Shown here: one piece after another, positions 16,755-29,989 of the stretch
Layout: each line of letters opens with the position of its first letter
Numbering within the stretch: position 1 is the stretch's first letter
From: Octopus vulgaris
Taxonomy: Eukaryota
Direction: 5' to 3'
DNA: 64,000 nt
Assembly (NCBI GenBank): GCA_951406725.2
Contig: OX597819.1
Coordinates: 66,526,001 to 66,590,000, forward strand
The notes under the pieces: model-generated
What the model saw: only the letters and a program-made list of their open reading frames with translations
Databases searched by the model: none
Told to the model about the DNA's origin: nothing
Made by a program: the position numbers and the translations under genes

Positions 16755-16785
<31 letters not shown>

Positions 16786-16797
16786 TATTTTTATTAT

Positions 16798-19700
16798 TCT
16801 ATGTTTGACCATTGATTTATGTCTGTACAAGTTGGCTCCAAGTCTCACCCAGAGACCTCAAGAGACAACAGGTTGGAAGTTCACGTTGTTGTTATGCCTA
16901 GTGTGCCATATATTTGGTTTTTCTTTTTTGGTGTTGTACTAGTGAATGTCTAATAAATAAATTTAAAAAAAATACAGTTTGTTTTAAACCTTGAGATTAC
17001 ATAGAGAGTATTTTGCGTAGGATATGAGCGGTTCCCATGAGCACTATCCTTTGAATTTCTGCCATTTTGGGGTTTCCTGGTATCTGAGTTAGGTAGCAAT
17101 CAACCCCTTTTGCTATCATTCCCAGGGCACATATGACAACAGGTATTGTTTTAGTCTTCAGGTTCCACAATTTGCTGATTTCTATTTCAAAATCTTTATA
17201 TTTGCTCAGGTTTTGGTAGGTCTTAACAGATACGTTTATATCGATTGGGACAGTCATATCAATGAGGAGGCATGTTCTTTGTCTGAAGTCTTTCAATATG
17301 ATGTCTGGCCTATTTGCATCTACCTTTCTGTCAGTTTGAATGGTGAAGTTCCAGAGGAGTGAGATGTGGTCATTTTCAAGCACTGGAGGTGGATTGTTTC
17401 CCACCAGTTTTTTTCATGGGGCAAATCCAGGTTTTTGCAAATTACCCAGTGAATATATTGTGCAGCTCTATCATGGCTGTTGAGGTACTCTGTAGGCGCT
17501 AGAAGAATGCATTTGGAGACAACATGATCAATGGTTTCATTTTGTTGTCGGCATACGCGACATGTTGGGCTACTGCCGTTCTTTAATATGTTGGCCTGGT
17601 AGTATCTTGTTGGTAGGCATTGATCTTGAGCTGCTATGATAAACCCTTCTGTTTCAGATTTTAAGTCAGAGGCCATTAGCCATTGATGGGTCAGGGCTTT
17701 GTCAATATCTGCATTATTCGCTCTCTTTGGGTATTTGCCGTAGAAAGGTTTTTCTTTCCATTTATTATTCAGAATATATAAGGCCGCAGGTTTGGCACGG
17801 GTTTTCATGCGCCTAGCTTTTTCTGTGCTTGTTTCGTGTATGTCTATCTCTAATTTCGAAATTTGTTGTATTCGGAATTTACTTAGATATTCCTTTGCCT
17901 GTTTTGTTACTGAGTATAATGCTTACTTGTTTTCATGTTTTGAGACAAGTTTTAACATCCAGTCCTCAGACTTTTTCAGGTAGGTGTCTAGGCCGATTGT
18001 AGCAATCTTCATTGTTAATGCCAGTTGTAAAAGACCACGGCCTCCCTCTTTTCTTGGCAGATAAAGTCGTTCTGTATCTGTCTTAGGGTGGTGCATTCTA
18101 TGCATTGTCAACAGTTTCCTTATTTTTCTGTCGAGCTGACATATTTCAGTAATTGACCAGTTAACAATATTGAAACTGTAAGTCACGACTGGTATGGCTA
18201 ATGCATTGATCGCTTCGATCCTGTTTCTTGCATTCAGCTCTGTCTTGAATGTGCAAAAGGTAGCTTTTGCACATTTATCGAGGCCGAATTGCATTCTGAT
18301 GTCATCACTGAATTGTTTGACTATCGCTAGTAAGCCCTTGAGTTGTTGGTCATTTTTTGCAAAAAGCTTTAGATCATCCAGGTAAATGAGATGATTTATA
18401 TTTTTATCAAACATTTTATACCCGTACTGCGCGTCATTGAGCAGTTTTGAGAGAGGTATTAAGGCTAAACGAAAGAGGAGTGGTGACAGTGAGTCACCCT
18501 GGAAAATGCCACATGAAATTTTTACATCACCAGCATTTAAGGATTCATTGTCACTGTCCAGAGTTAGTGTGATTCTCCATGATCTCATACTTACAGTCAA
18601 AAAGTTTCGCAGAGTAGGTGCTATCTTATACATTTCCAGGCATTTCCTAATCCAGCTATGTGGTAGGCTATCAAAAGCCTTTTTATAGTCTATCCAGGCT
18701 ACTGATAAGTTTTTGTGTCGTTTGTGACAATCTTCTAAGATCATCTTATTGATGAGTAGTTGATCTTTACAGCCGTAGGATCCACGTTTACATCCTTTCT
18801 GTTCATTAGGGAATATGCTGCTGTCTGTTAAAAAACTATAAGAATATTGCGTCAGGACAGATGTTAGCGTTTTATACATAGTTGTTAAGCAGGTTATGGG
18901 TCTATAGTTTTTTGGTTCATTTGTTTCTTCACTTTTTGGAAGCAGGAATGTTAACCCATTAATTAGCCAAGGAGGCATCCTATTAGGGTGTTGCAAAACA
19001 TCATCGTACAGTTCTGTAAGTAGTTCACGGCTCTCTGGGAAGGCATTCAGCCAGAAGTTAGGAATTTTATCCTTTTCTGGAGACGTCCATTTGCTTGACC
19101 TCCTGAGAGCAGATCTTATATCTTCTACCTTGACACCCTCCCACTTTTGCTCTTCTAAGGAGTCCAGTTCTGTAGATATTCTGTCAATCCAGGGAGCCTT
19201 TTCGTTGTGTGTTTTTTCTTCTGCCCAAATTTTATTCCAAAATCCCTGCACTTCTTCTTTTGATGGTACAGACCTTACAGTAAACGCCGTTTTTCCTATC
19301 TTCCTGTAAAAATTCTTGGTGTTATTTTTGAATATGTTGTTGTCCTTGAAAAATCTAACACGCTTTTCATACCTCGCTATGCGGGCAGCTTTGGCAGATA
19401 CCTTTTGTTTGATGGTTTCTATGGTGGCATCAATATCAAGTATAGTTTTCATATTGTATTTTTTCAGTAATTTTTGGGTTTTTGTAGGTTTGGTAGTCTT
19501 GTGAACCTTAAGGTTTTTCAAATATTCAATGTCAGATCTAAATAGTTTAATTTGTTGTTGCAAACGCTCTTGCCAAGAAGGCTTTTTGTGGGAATGTTGC
19601 CGTTTTCTAATCTTTACACCACATAGGATCGTTGAGATTTTCGCGGATGCATAATATAGGTGGTTGAGATTTGTGATATCAACATCATTAGTTGGAATTA

Positions 19701-20827
19701 TATCCTTAAGTGCAAGCCGGATTTTACCAATTATTTTCATGTTTTGGTTAGAGTTGCGGATTTTAGGGAGTGTATCACGTTCATCCATGCTGGTTTCTTT
19801 AATTTTCAGCCATTCAATCATGATTTGATTTTTTAGCTCATGTAGTTCTGTTGGGTCAATATTTGTGTGACTTTCTTTATCTATTTGATGTTCATCTGTC
19901 TTAGTGTTTATGATTGGTTCAGGGAGTATTTCACTTTGCCTATCACTAATACTAACTCTTTCAATCCTTACTTCGTTTTTATCAGCCCTGGGCTGGTCAA
20001 TAATTATTTCCTCTGTATTATCTTCTCTAGCTGCAGCTTCGTCCATTTTATCCGATATTGCTTGTCTAACTTGATCAATCTCTACTTCAGTCAGTAATTT
20101 TTTTTTATAATGTTTCTTCTAACGTTGGCAAGTTTGTTACTGTCTATGTAGGGTCTTACTCCAGGGTGTTTCTGTCTCCAGTTTAAGTAGGTTTGTATAG
20201 TATTAGATTTATCTGTGGAGAAATATATTACATGGTAGAAGGCCGCAAGAACTTTATCTTCCCTAGACCATTTTTCCTTCTTTTTCTTTTGATTATTTGG
20301 TGACGGGCATGGATGGCCATCTGTTGGAATATTCCGGTTATGGGGTACGTCCAGCCCCTGTGTGTTGGGAAGATTTGATCCAGTAGCTGATTTTTCAATC
20401 AGAATTTGGTTCAATTTTCGGGTACGTGGTCTTTTGTAATCCGCGCGACGACCAATAAGGTTTGTAGTTTGATTTGTTCACATTGAAGCATGACAAGCTT
20501 CCACTCTTGCATTAGGAGATGGATCTGTCAGTTTAGGGTTCTCTACACGTAAGCATTGCTCGTAGCGCAGCTTCTTAAGGCTAGCAGATCTGTATTCGTC
20601 TGTATTTTTTTTGTTGATAGTTTTATCTCCGAACATTTTTTGTTCCTTTTCTTTTCCTTCTCTTCCTTTTTTCCTCTCTCTTTCTATATTTCCCCTTCTT
20701 CCCATGTTTCCTTCCTTCTTTTCCCTTCTTCTTTTAAACTTATAAAAGGCTCACTCTGCCTGTATTAGTTCGAAATAATGAGAATAAAATACGGAGAAAA
20801 AAAAGAAAAAAAAGGGATCTGTCAGTT
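16798..20827 (-). mobile_element. Near full-length R4/Dong-clade non-LTR retrotransposon (RT + restriction-like endonuclease) inserted in (TAA)n
   Basis: Minus-strand ORF pieces 20091-20414, 17923-20046, 17320-17808 and 16997-17404 join into one polyprotein. RT motifs NYRPITCL, WIDYKKAFDS, GIFQGDSLSPLLF, YLDD; CCHC knuckle CRVC..ETIDHVVSKC; RLE motifs HDR, RPDII, LIDMTVP, KYKD; C-terminus GTAHILRKILSM. (TTA)n-like tracts at both ends (16754-16797 and 20826 onward). Confidence 0.95.
16997..20483 (-). pseudogene. Disrupted RT-RLE polyprotein of the R4/Dong element
   Basis: Frameshift at the A-run near 20100, premature TAA at 17923-17925, frameshift near 17400, stop at codon 2, and the YKYLG region of RT is missing. 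Confidence 0.9.
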
Positions 20828-21622
20828 ATTATTGTTATTACTATCACCATCATTATCATCATCACCACCACCATCATCATCATCATCATCAATTATATTG
20901 TTTTATGTGTAGTCACAGCAGTATCTTATTATTGTTATTTTTGTTCCTATCATTTTCACCATCACCATCACACTGTTGGTTAAAGAGGTCATGTTCTATG
21001 GGTCTTTAAATGGATTCAGCAGATGGTGGAGAGATAGCCCAATAGACAAAGGACATTAATGGTCAGTAAAGGTCAAACCTGTTTACATTTATTTCTTTTT
21101 TTCCTTTCTCTTTTCTTCCTTTCCACATACATATGTATATGTATATGTATACTCACACACACATATTATCTGATGTTCACGTCGATGAAATTTTAAATTT
21201 CTGAATTCAATGTTATGTATATATTTTTTTAATTTCTGAATTCAGTTGTATGTATATATTAGCAGGTGCTTAGTTCCATAATTTTTTATCGTGCATTTAA
21301 TTGTGTTGTTACGATAAAAGGCAATTTAAAAGGCAATTTTCCACATTCTTATAGTCATGAGAGACGGGACGACTAAATGTTCACACAAAATTGGAGATAT
21401 TTATGTTTCTATTTTTTTTGGTTAGGTGTTCGTTTGTATGAGCTGTAGATATGTAAGTTCCTTAACTTATTTTGAGGGAAATTCAAATTACTTACAGAAA
21501 ACAGTAGATCTTCCAGTTTTCTACAGTTGTTTTTTTCAGTTGTCCTGCTGGGTTAGCTGTTGCCAGTTCAGAGCATCGAAAAAATACGTCCATCCTGTGT
21601 CAAGTCCAGTATTATTATTATT

Positions 21623-21656
<34 letters not shown>

Positions 21657-21665
21657 CCATCATCA

Positions 21666-21747
<82 letters not shown>

Positions 21748-21765
21748 CATTATTATTATTATCAT

Positions 21766-22056
21766 TGAGTGAGAGAGAGCAATGCATGCTATCAATGTGA
21801 AACTGGATTACAAATTTACGACGTTCAATATACCCATCAGGATTATCTGTCTGATAAGGGTACACCAGGTACATGAATCGCAGCCATATGCACGCGATAT
21901 GATGATGTCATATCGAGAAAAAACAGTGCATCACTGTGCGGTTGGGGATCAGTTGAAATTTTATTCAGGTCGATTAGTTCATCTTTTGCACCATAACAAA
22001 TTGTGTACATGATAACACTTCCAATCAATTAAGACTAGAGGCCGTGAAAGCCGTTA
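21766..22056 (-). repeat. Probable non-autonomous retroposon ending in (TAA)n
   Basis: Higher-complexity block abutting (ATT)n at 21610-21765. Resembles an octopus interspersed repeat from memory; not verified. Confidence 0.4.
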
Positions 22057-22139
22057 TCATCATCATCATCATCATCATCTACATCAGCAAAGTATATATA
22101 CATCTATTTCATACGTACACATATTCACATACATCACAC

Positions 22140-22209
<70 letters not shown>

Positions 22210-22212
22210 TAG

Positions 22213-22267
<55 letters not shown>

Positions 22268-22367
22268 TATATATAGTTAGGTAGATAGACAGACAGGCAG
22301 TCAGACAGAGAGAAACATTTGTACATGCATAATATGTGCTGCTTTATTTACATTATTTTTACATTAA

Positions 22368-22524
22368 TTACATTTGACGGATATTTGTTTAAATCTTGTT
22401 TGTTGTTAACGCAACGTTTCGGCGGATATACCCTCCAACACACCTGATGAAGGATGGAGGGCATAGCAACCGAAACGTTGCGTTAACAACAAACCAGATG
22501 AGGACAAATATCCGTCAAATGTAA
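22368..22524. repeat. Inverted repeat (foldback), probably a head-to-head PLE terminal repeat
   Basis: TTACATTTGACGGATATTTGT..TTGTTGTTAACGCAACGTTTCGG mirrored by CCGAAACGTTGCGTTAACAACAA..ACAAATATCCGTCAAATGTAA. Confidence 0.9.
22440..22492 (+). ncRNA. Hammerhead ribozyme-like motif (PLE type) within an inverted repeat
   Basis: CUGAUGA-A-GGAUG...CAACC-GAAA-CG(UUG)CG-UU: intact core boxes, short helices II and III, no convincing helix I. Confidence 0.6.
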
Positions 22525-24168
22525 ATAATGTAAATAATGTACATAATTCCTCATCTCTTAAATATAGAACAGTATATAACGCTTTGTTTTCTTTTTCCGC
22601 ATTCATACAATGAAATTTCAAAATTTTGTAACGTATCTATTTTCGCTGCAGTCTATTTGCTACTCATTACTAACTAGGGTATAAGAACAAAAACATCAGT
22701 TCTCCTTTCGTGTAATGTGGTTGAAGACCAATTGATATTAGTTGACATCTTGACCGAAACTGTCAGTTCCTCCTTTAGCAATTTTCCTTTCCTCTGTTCT
22801 ACTATTTTTATGTCCTGTACAAAGTATTAAGCTTAATGCTATTGGAAGTGTGTAGTTCGGTAGTTCTGGTATTTTTAAGAGGTTAACTTTACCATTCGAT
22901 TCTGATCCTGGCAATTCATCTCTAGCGGTATTTCCTGCTGCCAAGTGACACAATTCTGCGTATTATAGCGGACAGTATTAAGGCTAAAGCATACATGACA
23001 TGTTGTGTTGTCTCCCACGATCTCAACTAATCGCAGGTATATTTTGGTTTCATGAGAACAGTCCCACTGCCAAGCAGCCAAAACGAAAAGGCTGGTGCTT
23101 CTATGGTAACATCGGAAATAAACCGAGAATGATGCGGCTGAAAGCAACAAGAGAAAACGTATGTAGATTATCCAAAAAATAAATTATGTCTCTTCAGACT
23201 TTAACATACAGGCCTTTCATCACCGATGCTTATAGTTATGTTATAGGAAGAAACAATGTGTCCCAGAAGTTCCTTGTAACATAATTCTCTTCAGTTAGAA
23301 TACGTTTCGGAGTCGCGATCATGTTGTTCTACTCTTAGTTATTCTGCAAATGACACTTTTAAGTTAGGTATCTCCCAGACAATATTTCTAGATATTTTGG
23401 TAAGCGAAAACAATTATTTGCCTTTTATAATCCACTTTTTGCTACTGCATCAGTATCCATGCAGTTTGAAATCGGTGCTGCTCATATGATGAAGATTTAC
23501 TCACCCCTAACTCATGACTTTTAGGCTTTGTATACGCCATCTTTTTCTCCATCAATTGTCTATGTGCAACTCCATACTCTAACTTCTATGTCCGGCTTTT
23601 TCTTCAAGTTAGCGTACGATTTCTTTAGAAATGTCTGAAATGTTTCCTTATTGGCTTATCTGCTATTTTTAAAGGCTTGCACTAAACTACTGCGTGCTAT
23701 TGATGCAGTTTCTATCCCGTGTAAATTCTTTAATACTCTGTCTTTTCAATTTTCTTCATTACATCTCAAGAGCATGACATAATATCGTAAAAGCTTCTAT
23801 TAAACTATTGGCATTTTGAAATGTCGAATGCATTATGGCTACGTCTTATCCTTTCATTGTTGTCATTGTCCGACGTCTCTACCCTGTAATTATATCAATC
23901 GTGTAGCGACGCAAGATCAGAAATATAATTCGTGTGTCGAGACGCGTTACGTCAAACCTAAATAGTCTTAGTCTTAAGGGCTTATAAATAAATCTTTCTC
24001 GTTAATTCCCTTTCGGTTGATCCCGGGATTTCCACTGAACAAAATACGTAGATTTTATTTGTCTCTTTCTGATTTAAATGGAACTTTGTACATCGCTGAT
24101 ATGGATTTAAAAAAAAACTATCATATTAAAAACAGATAAAAAGATCATTTATTACGAAAATTTAAGGA

Positions 24169-24560
24169 GGCGCAGGAGTGGCTGTGCGGTAAGTAGATTG
24201 CTTACGAACCACATGGTTCCGGGTTCATTTCCATTGCGTGGCACCTTGGGCAAGTGTCTTCTACTATATCCTCGGGCTGATCAAAGTCTTGTGAGTGGAT
24301 TTGGAAGACGGAAACTGAAAGAAGCCTGTCGCATATATATATACATATATATGTATGTGTGTGTGTGTGCGTGTGTGTGTCTATGTTTGTGTGTCTGCGT
24401 TTGTCCCTCCAACATCGCTTGACAACCGATGGTGTGTTTACGTCCCCGTAACTTAGCAAAAGAGACCGATAGAATAAGTACTAGGCTTCCAAAGATTTGC
24501 TCGACTACAGGCGGTGCTCCAGCATGACCGCAATCAAATGACTGAAACAAGTAAAAGAGA
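24169..24560 (+). mobile_element. tRNA-like SINE family A, full length
   Basis: GGCGCAGGAGTGGCTGTGCGGTAAG (A box), GGGTTCATTTCC (B-box-like), internal (TA)/(TG) microsatellite, tail GGCGGTGCTCCAGCATG..ACTGAAACAAGTAAAAGAG. Confidence 0.9.
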
Positions 24561-25737
24561 AATTAAAGAGAAAGAATGCCGCAAATATTGCCCGCGCGAA
24601 TTTCTTGTAAAATTCCATTATCGCTTCTCCTTACAGCAAATTAAGCGCAAGTTCCAACTGGTTTCTAATCATGTGGTCTAAAATTTATATGCTAAAAGGG
24701 TCGGTTTCGCAGCTTATGAGATTGCTCGTGTTGTACAAATTTTTGCTAATAATTATATAGTCCTTCATAAATTTTAAGTAAATCGTAATATGATATCCAA
24801 TGTCGTTCTCTCATAAGAAATAACGCAGAACTGAAAACGTATAATAAGTAAAATATTTAACGAGGGTAAGTTAAGATGGGTGTGACTCATGGTCGATTGC
24901 TATTCGTACTGGTTGAGAGAATCATTCAACGTTTATATATTTACATACATCTGGGAGGTTATGATGTTTTGGATGTTATACACAAAACGCAGAACCTCTC
25001 TAATGGATAGTAATATTCTTCTTACAGGAAGACAGAAAATATATCTAAATGGAATCGTTAAAGACTCACAAAGACAAATGAGGATAATTTTAAGTAAGTT
25101 CGAAGCTATTTCCTAGCAAATTGAATTTTCTTCCTTTCGCGAAAATTCGATCTTTCCTACTCGTCACAGAGACAGATACAGTGATGTTAATCTTATAACA
25201 TACAGTTTTCGTGGAGCATTGTCTTCTATAAGTGATTTCATCAGTGGACATACATTTTCACGAGTAGAAAAAGTAAAATTCCTATCTATCATATAAGGTC
25301 GAGAAATGTAATTTCCTAGCTATTTTGTGTATGGAGGAAAGACATTATCGTATTATAATGACAGTGTATATTGTAAGATTGGAGATATAAAGAATATTCA
25401 TGAACATCAATGGTTTTTCAAAAGGCACATCAAGGTTCTGTAACATTAATACATGGCAACATTTTCTAACGATAAACTACAAACTGTCTATTAACGCATC
25501 TAATTATCTCCCTTTCAGTTTCTCCTTTTATATCGTATTATGACGTAATTCAATATTCACTTATTAATTTTCTAAAAATGATGGAATATGTAAATGGTAG
25601 AACATTCAAAACACATGCATCACCACCCCGACAAATACGCATACACACACTCATACACTTGACTTGCAAAAAAGAAAAGCTGGTCTTTGGTAAATGTTAA
25701 ATGAAAATAAAGACTACGCTTACATGCATGCATGCAT

Positions 25738-25826
<89 letters not shown>

Positions 25827-26105
25827 ATAAATAGCGTGGGAATCATACCGAATTATAAAATGTATTTAACCATTGTAAATTCTCATATCACAACAATTGT
25901 TTCGCAGCTTAAAATGTGCAGAGATACTTGTTTGATTATATTTTGTAATAAGTAAATTACTTACATGTTTGCATTAGTATAAATAATCTTTAAATCAATA
26001 CAGTTATTAAGTTAGCTTATCGGGAGAGGGAAAAAACTCATGTTAAACAATATTCTCTCGACATCTAATCCCTTAGATGAATCAATAGAGAGATGCTTGA
26101 ATATG

Positions 26106-26253
<148 letters not shown>

Positions 26254-26304
26254 AACACACATATTTATGAATATCAATTTATCTCTCTATATATATATAC
26301 TCTC

Positions 26305-26539
26305 TCTCTTTTACTCTTTTACTTGTTTCAATCATTTGAGTGTGGCCATGCTGGAGCACCGCCTTCAGTCGAGGAAATCGACTCCAGGACTTCTTCTTCG
26401 TAAGCCTAGTAGTTGTTTTATCGGTCTCTTTTGCTGAACCGCTAATTTGCGGGACGTAAGCACGTAAACACACCAGCATCGGATGTCAAGTGATGTTGGG
26501 GGACAAACACACTCACACAAACATACACACGCACATATC

Positions 26540-26573
<34 letters not shown>

Positions 26574-26732
26574 ATGGGCTTCTTTCAGTTTCTGTCTACC
26601 AAATCCACTCACAAGGCTTTTTTCGGCTCTAGGCTATAGTAGAAGAAACCTGACTTAACTGCCATGCAGTGGGACTGAATCCGGAACCATGTGGTTCGTA
26701 AGCAAGCTACTTACACATACCCACTCCTACGT
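26305..26732 (-). mobile_element. SINE family A, full length
   Basis: Reverse-complement match to 24169-24560. Confidence 0.9.
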
Positions 26733-28365
26733 AGGTACATACATACATTAACACACATATACACACAAACACATACTCACAAACATTTGTATACTATCAA
26801 ACGTAGAAATGAATAGGTACATTTATTTGTTGTCAAGGATAAAGTGATCAGCAGATTCCTATAACGTCTAGATACCTATAGGTTTTCTTACATGGAAAAT
26901 ATAAGGTCCATCTTTTAAGCTCTTTGCATATATTCGAACGTATAAGACGACTAGATATATCGCTAACGTTTACCAATAAAGAAGTAAAGAAAATCACAGA
27001 AAGACAATGTATACGGAACGGTATAACTATATCTTTGTGAATAAGTAATTCGTTGGACCAACAATGCTAATTCTTTGTCTCTTTATTGGTTGCCCAAAGA
27101 AAGAATAACGCTAAATACAAAATTTATTATATGGCACCTTGAACAAGCAAAACGGCATCTCCGTAGGAAAATAAAATTAATAATTAATTATGGACGTATG
27201 ATTGTGGATACATTTGTGCATGTGTGTGAGGTGTAAGTATGTGTGTGAGTGTGTGTGGTGTAAGTATGTGTGTAAGTGTATGTGTGTGTGTAAGTGTGTG
27301 TATGTGTGTGTGTGAGTTTGCAAAAACAACGAATGTGATAAGTATCGTGTAATGTTTATGAGGTATAGCGTTAATTAGCGATTTAGCGTAAAATCTGAAT
27401 GCATATGTGTACAAGTGTAATTATTCCTTTCTCTCCATAAAGTAATTAACCTAAACGATGATATGACTAGAAAATAGCAGGATTTCAAGTTTTTTTTTTT
27501 CTTTTTTTGTTCTGTCTGTTTCAATGAAGAATCTATAATTTACCTTCTCAAATATTTGGAAATAGAATATGGTTCTAGCTCCAAATTCTTCAATGACTCT
27601 ATTACTAGGGATTACTCCAGCATTGCAGATATGAATAATGAATATGGTACTTCATAAGATATTTGATATTTCAAGGGACTATAACATTACACACATACAC
27701 ACAAGCGAGCGCGCGCGCGCATACACAAATGTATTCACAATCGTGCGTCTATAATTAATTATTAATTTTGCATTCCTGCGCAGTGGGCATTTTGGTTGTT
27801 TAAGGTCTCATATAATAAATTTTGCATATAGCGTTATTTTTTCTTTGAGCAACCAATAAAAAGACAACAGAATGAGTATTGTTGGTCCAACGAATGTCTT
27901 ACATGTGAATTTGTATAAATACATACATACATATATACATACACACACACAAACACACACACACACACATATATATATACACATATATATATGTGTGTGT
28001 GTGCGTGTATGTGTCTGTGCTGAAATGAAGTGCACATCGTGTTGTCTACATATATATATTTATTTTGTGGAAGAATTCGTAGCGAAACCTCGCTAATCTC
28101 TACTATATTTTCGCAGAAAACAGGACGGAAGGATTAGTTAACCACGACCTTTCTAGTAGGGCAAAGGATCCAGGAGACAGACATGAAGAAAGAGATAAAA
28201 AGAAAGATACATAGTGTGAGAGAGAGAAATAATCAGACGAATGCATATAAATATAACAAACAGTATTTCGCTCTTCACATTATCTCCCTTTAGTAATTAT
28301 TCTTCTCTATTCTGAGTAAAATGATTGCATAATATAATCCTTGTTTTAATATTTCAGTTTAGGAA

Positions 28366-29000
28366 GGCGGAGATCTGGCAAAAACGTTAGCACGCCGGGC
28401 GAAATGCTTAGCGGTGTTTCGTCTGTCTTTACCTTCTGAGTTCAAATTCCGCCGAAGTTGACTTTGTCTTTTATCCATTCGGGTCGATAAATTTTGTACT
28501 AGTTGCGTACTGGGGTCGATATAATCAATTGGGCCCCTCCCACCAAAATTCGGGCCATGTGCCTAGAGTAGAAAAGTATATTTCACTCTAGGAAGGCGGT
28601 GAGCTGGCAGAAACTTTTACACGCCGGGCGAAATGCTCAGCAGTATTTCGTCTGTCGCCACGTTCTGAGTTCAAATTCCGCCGAGGTCGACTTTGCCTTT
28701 CATCCTTTCGGGGTCGATTAGATAAGTACCAGTTACGCTCTGGGGTAGATATAATCGACTTAATCCGTTTGTCTGTCCTTGTTTGTCCCTTCTGTGTTTA
28801 GCCCCTTGTGGGTAGTAAAGAAATAGGTATTTCGCCCGTCTCTACATTCCAAGATATCAAATGTTGCCGAGGTCGACTTTGCCTTTCATCCTTTCCGTTT
28901 CGAGATAATAAACTTAAGCTGAGCACTGGATTCGAACTAATCGATTTAATTCCTCTCTTGAAAGTGCTGGCCTTGTGCCAAAATTTGAAACTGATATTGA
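28366..29000 (+). mobile_element. Tandem array of three family B SINE units
   Basis: Units start at 28366, 28595 and about 28825 (headless). Consensus GGCGGTGAGCTGGCAGAA..CACGCCGGGCGAAATGC..GAGTTCAAATTCCGCCGAGGTCGACTTTGCCTTTCATCC. Confidence 0.88.
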
Positions 29001-29456
29001 AGGTCACAAACCATTCTTTAAATCAGTAACATACCCGACCCAAAGATAAATGAAATATAATAGCGTCTGTGATATATGCTGCATTTACAACATAATGTGA
29101 CATTAGCAGCAACAACACCAACAATCCTCTCTGCTGTGCGCAGAAGGACTGAAAACTTGAGCTGTGCACGACTGGTACTAATTTTCTTGATCTTGAAATA
29201 CTGGTAGGCTAAGTAAACCCCGTGGGGAATTGGAACGTAGAACATAGTGATTCGGAAAGAAATATAAGCTGTCATTGTTCAATATGAATAAAAACACGTT
29301 AATAAGGTGAGAAAAGAAGTAAGGTATTTTCCAGGTGTAATCAGAATTTCGTGTCTTAACCTAGGTTCCTCTGAATCATCCTTATTATTTGACAGCGCAT
29401 GTCATCGGATAAAGCAATAACATGCATGTTTAATGAAATCATCGTCGTCGTCGTTG

Positions 29457-29507
<51 letters not shown>

Positions 29508-29989
29508 CAAGCAGCAGCATCTTCATCATCATTCGTTGAATATAACATGCAGAAGGGTCATCTTCGATGAGAGAATCACCACCTGTCATTGTTCCGTCAT
29601 CAATTTTGGCGTATACGAACATTCAGGTTTACCTTAAATGGCACGTACATACATCTGACAGTATACAAATGTGGCGCAATATTTATATGCGAGTGAAATT
29701 TCGTTTAGCATGTCAGAACACAGCTTTTTCAAGCCGTTTACCTCTCAAATGAAAGCCTCAGCCCGTTAGAAATGTTTAATAAATATCAGCATTCGCACTG
29801 CACATCACACGATTTAATGCATGGCAATATTTTGTCGCAAGTCACCGTATTGATATTTCCCAAGAATAATTTTAGTCTATATCAATCCAGGAAAATAAGA
29901 TTTTTTTTAAAAACTAATTTGCAATTTGATTTGGAAACAGTGAAATGATGTGAAATTTCTCTGCAATATAGTGACTGCATAATTTCAGG

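Noticed and set aside
22740-23180. Possible RTE-X remnant (VLLW, KTYVD on the plus strand)
   Set aside because: Too few motif residues to call by eye.
25195-25248. Minus-strand CUGAUGA...GAAA hammerhead candidate
   Set aside because: Helix II cannot form (A-C closing pair, no stem); likely chance.
24890-25300. Possible CR1/Jockey RT remnant (LLTGRQKIYLNG, KVKFLSII)
   Set aside because: Weak, isolated motif similarity only.
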